Source: Neophaeotheca triangularis
Lineage: Eukaryota
Assembly (NCBI GenBank): GCA_054600435.1
Contig: BAAIJX010000002.1
Location: forward strand, 558,001-622,000
DNA: 64,000 nucleotides
Reading direction: 5' to 3'
Shown here: piece after piece, positions 59,985-64,000 of the stretch
How positions within the stretch are numbered: the first letter of the stretch is position 1
Layout: each line of letters begins with the position of its first letter
Made by a program: the position numbers and the translations under genes
The notes under the pieces: generated by a model
The model's input: only the letters and a program-made list of their open reading frames with translations
Databases searched by the model: none
Told to the model about the DNA's origin: nothing

Positions 59985-60443
59985 TTAGTCCTGGTTATGC
60001 GCAAGTTCCTCCATGGCCTCAACGCCTTGCTCCAGTTCCCTAATCCTCTGCCCAATTCTCCTCTTGACCTCATCCGCCAGCTCAAGGTCATCGCCCTCAA
60101 CCACTTGCTTATAAGCTTCCAGGACCCCGTTCAACTCCTCTCTCGCAGCGTCTCGGTCGTCTTGTGCGTACACAGACATCTTTTCCGTTTCTTCATAAGC
60201 GATCTCGAACTCATCCTTCGCTGTCGCAAAGAGCTCAGTGATGCGGTCGATCTCTTCGTCTGCTGTGCTTTTGGAAGACGTCCATCTGATCGTCTCGTTG
60301 GGCACGTGAGACGCAGCTCGTGGGTAATGATTGTAGAGCGGTGGTCTGGTCAAGGTTCGGAGGGTGCGTATTCTGTAGGGCGTTCTCGTTGTTGTGGCTG
60401 AGGCGGTGCGCAGGCCGCGCATGAGGAGAGTTCGTGCACTCAT
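59985..60443 (-). CDS. Conserved small mitochondrial coiled-coil protein
   Basis: Arg-rich presequence; ELFATAKDEFEIA.EE and YAQDDR..AREEL..RIGQRIREL segments. Confidence 0.75.
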   Translation of the reverse strand: MSARTLLMRGLRTASATTTRTPYRIRTLRTLTRPPLYNHYPRAASHVPNETIRWTSSKSTADEEIDRITELFATAKDEFEIAYEETEKMSVYAQDDRDAAREELNGVLEAYKQVVEGDDLELADEVKRRIGQRIRELEQGVEAMEELAHNQD

Positions 60444-60910
60444 GCTTGTGTAGTTCCTGCCCTCTCAATTTCTCCGGATTCTCTACTGGCACAAATGTTT
60501 TAGACGGTTTGTTGAGATTCGTAGATAGCGCCAATGTGAATGCCGTGAAAGGTGCGGAATCTTGGGAAGGTGAAGGACCCGTCAACGGTGACGTCAAATT
60601 GAAGGTCTTGGCACCGGTTGTCCTCGCAGGTGGTTTGTCTCTGACTTCACCCGGGCACGTCGCAAAGAATCAGCACCCTAGGTTCCGTTGACAATAAGCT
60701 TACTTGCAATTGCAGCAAGACGCCGAAAGCATACGACCACTTTTGGCGAAGGTCGCGTTCCCACTGTTAGCGTAAGATCCTGACAGCCCTTACTTGGTTT
60801 AACAAACTTGTAATCGCCACTTGCCCAGGTCATCAAAATTGAGTGAAGCCCCCAACTACGATCGCTTCCCGACACTACAAAGACCCCTACAAGTTGTACA
60901 CAAACTTGAT

Positions 60911-61810
60911 ATGTCTTGGGGTGGAGTCTCCCAGTGGCTCTGGCCAAGCAAACAGCCATCAACCTCAACTGTCGCCCATGATGAGGCACACAAGCAACCT
61001 CAAGTAGACATTACTATCACAGAAGACGAAACGAAAGACGAGGAAGAATCGAACGAAGAGTCCACTCCCAAGGCCACTCATGCGAAACCCTCCGACAGCC
61101 CTCCGGCTATATCGCTTCAAGATGACGGCGGCAAAGGCAAAGAGGGGACATCATCGAATCTCCACAAGCCATCATTCCCAGCACCTAACAGCGCGCAACG
61201 AGCGTCTTCAGCCACCCCTGCGTCGAAGGTCCCTTCCAAGCCATCTTCGTCGCCAAGTCTGATGGCACCTCCACCTCGCCCGGCAGTAAACCGAAATCCC
61301 GTGCCCAGCGCCGCGGCCGGCTTACGTGTGCCTACAACAGGCCCCTTGCCCAATCGCGGCCCACCAGTGAATAGCCAACAACGTGCCAGTGGCGGTCTCG
61401 CTCCCAACGGTGCCGTCAAAACACCCAACGCCCGAGGCAAAGTGCTTCTTTCTCCTGGTCATTCGCCCATGGACTGGGCGGCTTTGGCAAAGACCGGGAA
61501 CCTGAGTGGCGTATCGTCGTTCCAACGCGTCAAACCGAGCCAGCTGAAAGCGATGACGGGCAGGAAAGGCAAGCCTGCGTGGAGTAGCTGGCAGGGCAAG
61601 GTCTACAACATAACTCCCTATCTGCCGTTCCATCCTGGTGGCGAGCCGGAGTTGATGAAGGCAGCTGGGAGGGATGGGACGAAACTTTTCATGGAAGTGC
61701 ATCCTTGGGTCAATTGGGAGAATATGTTAGGGAATTGTCTGGTGGGAGCTTTGGTTGCTGAAGACGATGGGGAGAACGTTGGGGGATCGAGCCTGGAGGA
61801 CATGGATTGA
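60911..61810 (+). CDS. Cytochrome b5 heme-binding domain protein (IRC21-like)
   Basis: KVLLSPGHSPMDW, VYNITPYLPFHPGG and F.EVHPWVNW motifs. Confidence 0.9.
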   Translation: MSWGGVSQWLWPSKQPSTSTVAHDEAHKQPQVDITITEDETKDEEESNEESTPKATHAKPSDSPPAISLQDDGGKGKEGTSSNLHKPSFPAPNSAQRASSATPASKVPSKPSSSPSLMAPPPRPAVNRNPVPSAAAGLRVPTTGPLPNRGPPVNSQQRASGGLAPNGAVKTPNARGKVLLSPGHSPMDWAALAKTGNLSGVSSFQRVKPSQLKAMTGRKGKPAWSSWQGKVYNITPYLPFHPGGEPELMKAAGRDGTKLFMEVHPWVNWENMLGNCLVGALVAEDDGENVGGSSLEDMD

Positions 61811-62895
61811 ACGAAGTTTTCACACAAAGACGGGGAGAGTAGCTCCTTTTGCGAACGCATGGAGCATCTTTTGGACCAAACCGACGGCCCAGCCGCTGGC
61901 GCTACAATGCTCGGATTCGAATAAGATTGAGCAGAATTTTTGTGGCTTGTGTTGTTGACTGCTCGACTGGGCCTACAGAGGTCGAGAGATCTGTTCAAGC
62001 CTGCATCCCAATTCCTGCGACAAAAGACAGCAGCTTGGCACATCAGAATACTGCTATGGGGTTATCGGAACGGTCACGGCCGGGAGACAACCTGTCGCGT
62101 CAGCAATCGGAGGAATATGCTCCCCGTAGCGGCCACGCGGTCTCTACAGGCCAGGATACCACAGAGTTACGGGACAACGAAACTTCATCACAGTAAACCC
62201 AACACCGCGTGGCCATCGATATTGGGCCAACATGCTCGGTAGTCCAAACTACACTGGTTGGCCTGACCTGGGAACATACATCAATATGGACTGTGAACTG
62301 CCTCGCGGTTGCTGGGTCGCGTCTTGCTATAGCGCTGGCGGATCGGGCGTCAGTCCTGACGCGTACCACGAGACAATTGAATACAACGCGAAGCCTTTGC
62401 GCAAATCTGTTTTAGTCCCAATTATTTCTGTCATACACTTCATTCAGTATTCACAGTGAATGTTAAAGCAACATACCATACACGCCAAGGCTTTGTTTTG
62501 ACGCTAGCGGAGACGCGCATACCAGCAAGCTCGTGTGCACAACTAGGTACCTTGGCTACTTTTCGATAAGGTCCGAATGCTCTGATTGCCATCACGTTTG
62601 CAGACGAAGTCGGACTGCGGTGGCATCAGTCGGATAAGTCGTCCACGGGTATCTGAAAGAAACATCATCAAGGAATAAGGTAAGGTACATAGGTGTATGT
62701 CTCGATGCGGGACGCGCCAAACCGGCAGGGAACAGCGCTGACCAATCGCAGACCGCGCTAAGTCTGACTTTCCACTTCGACTCTGGTGAAGGAGCCATCG
62801 AATTCGAGACGTCGACAGCCAGCCCAGCCTCCTCCGTCTTGTAGGCTATCCATCCTCGCGTCTGCCTAGTCCAATGTCATGAATACTTACACCCG

Positions 62896-64000
62896 ATGCC
62901 TCAGATTGAGTACCTGTCAAAGGCTGGGATCTACCATTGCCATCTGGTCGAGAACACGAATAAGGAACATCTGCTGAGGCGGGTGGAAGCAACTGAAACC
63001 GAGACTCTGGACCAGAGGCTGCGCAGACCGGAGCACCAAAAAGTCCGCTCACGCATCCCGATCCATGAGCGATCCAACATTCCTCGCTTCAGTGCAGTCG
63101 TAGTCGACAGAACGCCCCCAGGCGCAGAGCCAGTGACTCCTATCATGTCGAATAAATCGGAAGCAATAGAGATCTCTGATAGCGATGACGCCAATGAAGA
63201 ACCTCGCCAGAAGGTGAGCGGAGCCGCAGTGGTTCATGTGCCTCAATCCTCTGGCAATGCTGCGCGCGCCAATGCCAAACAGCAGTCACGGCCGGTATCT
63301 AGGGCCGAAAGCGGGAGACCGAAAGGCTTCAGCAAGCGTGATGCATCGACTAGCGGTGCTGAAGCGCTGACGGCTTCTCTGCCAGACTCGAAGCAAGCGC
63401 GCGGTATTTTGTCGTCGAAGACGCCAACAAGTGGGACTCGTAGTAAGCTTACTAGCAGAACAAAGTCAACGCAGATAAGCGGCGACGACTATCCCGTCTT
63501 TGTCCGCTCAGCGAAGGTTGACAAGGTCAAGACAGTAATTGATCTTGCAAACAGCGATGAGCCGGGTTTTGACGACGCCAGCAACGTTCTGCCAAAATCT
63601 ACCGGGGCCAGGAAGCCATCCCAGTCTCGACCTAGGAAGGATCAAGCTAGCCACACTCCCTCACTGCAACGCCTCGCTCCATCAACTAAACGCCCTCGTG
63701 GCGGGGACCATATTTCGCCGCTCTCAGCATTGCGTCAAGAACATCATTCGAAGAGGCGCAGGACTGAAAGTGTGGAGCGACCTTCGGGCGTGAGCAATCT
63801 CTCACGAAAGCTCGAAGCAGCCAAGACCTCGTCATTAACACCAAATCAGTCTGCTGCTCAAAGCCCAGGAAGCAGGCTGGTGGAGTTGACTCCGTCCGAA
63901 GACATACCAAACGCAGATTCTGTACAAGACGCGACCTCAATTCGTGCAGATGCCAGTCCTGGGGCTGAGCGTCCGCAGTCAATCGCGCCACGCGACCCTC
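62896..64000 (+). CDS. Partial long S/R/K-rich hypothetical protein running off the window (absent from the ORF track)
   Basis: Frame read by hand has no stop from 62845 to 64000 (about 385 codons); ATGs at 62896 and 63145; upstream exons unresolved. Confidence 0.6.
   Translation, partial: MPQIEYLSKAGIYHCHLVENTNKEHLLRRVEATETETLDQRLRRPEHQKVRSRIPIHERSNIPRFSAVVVDRTPPGAEPVTPIMSNKSEAIEISDSDDANEEPRQKVSGAAVVHVPQSSGNAARANAKQQSRPVSRAESGRPKGFSKRDASTSGAEALTASLPDSKQARGILSSKTPTSGTRSKLTSRTKSTQISGDDYPVFVRSAKVDKVKTVIDLANSDEPGFDDASNVLPKSTGARKPSQSRPRKDQASHTPSLQRLAPSTKRPRGGDHISPLSALRQEHHSKRRRTESVERPSGVSNLSRKLEAAKTSSLTPNQSAAQSPGSRLVELTPSEDIPNADSVQDATSIRADASPGAERPQSIAPRDP

Overview
Gene-dense, intron-containing filamentous-ascomycete DNA. 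Short GT-AG introns with CTRAC branch points and the gene content suggest a Dothideomycete; this is inference, not a database match. About 30 protein genes and one intron-containing tRNA-Val(TAC) are present. Housekeeping genes: ATP16, PRI2, TRM61-like, G-protein gamma, eIF3a, a TRA2-like RRM protein, RPB6, S-formylglutathione hydrolase, LOS1, TFIIIA-like, MEMO1, NBS1 and a cytochrome b5-domain protein. Accessory genes: two MFS transporters, a ZIP zinc transporter, DUF3431, DUF2264, a SnoaL-like protein, a PL3 pectate lyase, a CYP52-like P450 and a GFA protein. No transposon or CRISPR was seen. The most interesting signal is a ~1.2 kb highly base-pairable interval with no credible gene (about 37000-38190). 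Its element order resembles a fungal telomerase RNA, but its putative template (AACCTAACCT) would encode TTAGG rather than the usual TTAGGG. This is a hypothesis from hand folding. Other points are splicing oddities (5-nt microexon, GC-AG intron, intron inside a stop codon, in-frame alternative donor), two apparent 1-nt frameshifts, and candidate ZafA and MCB promoter motifs.
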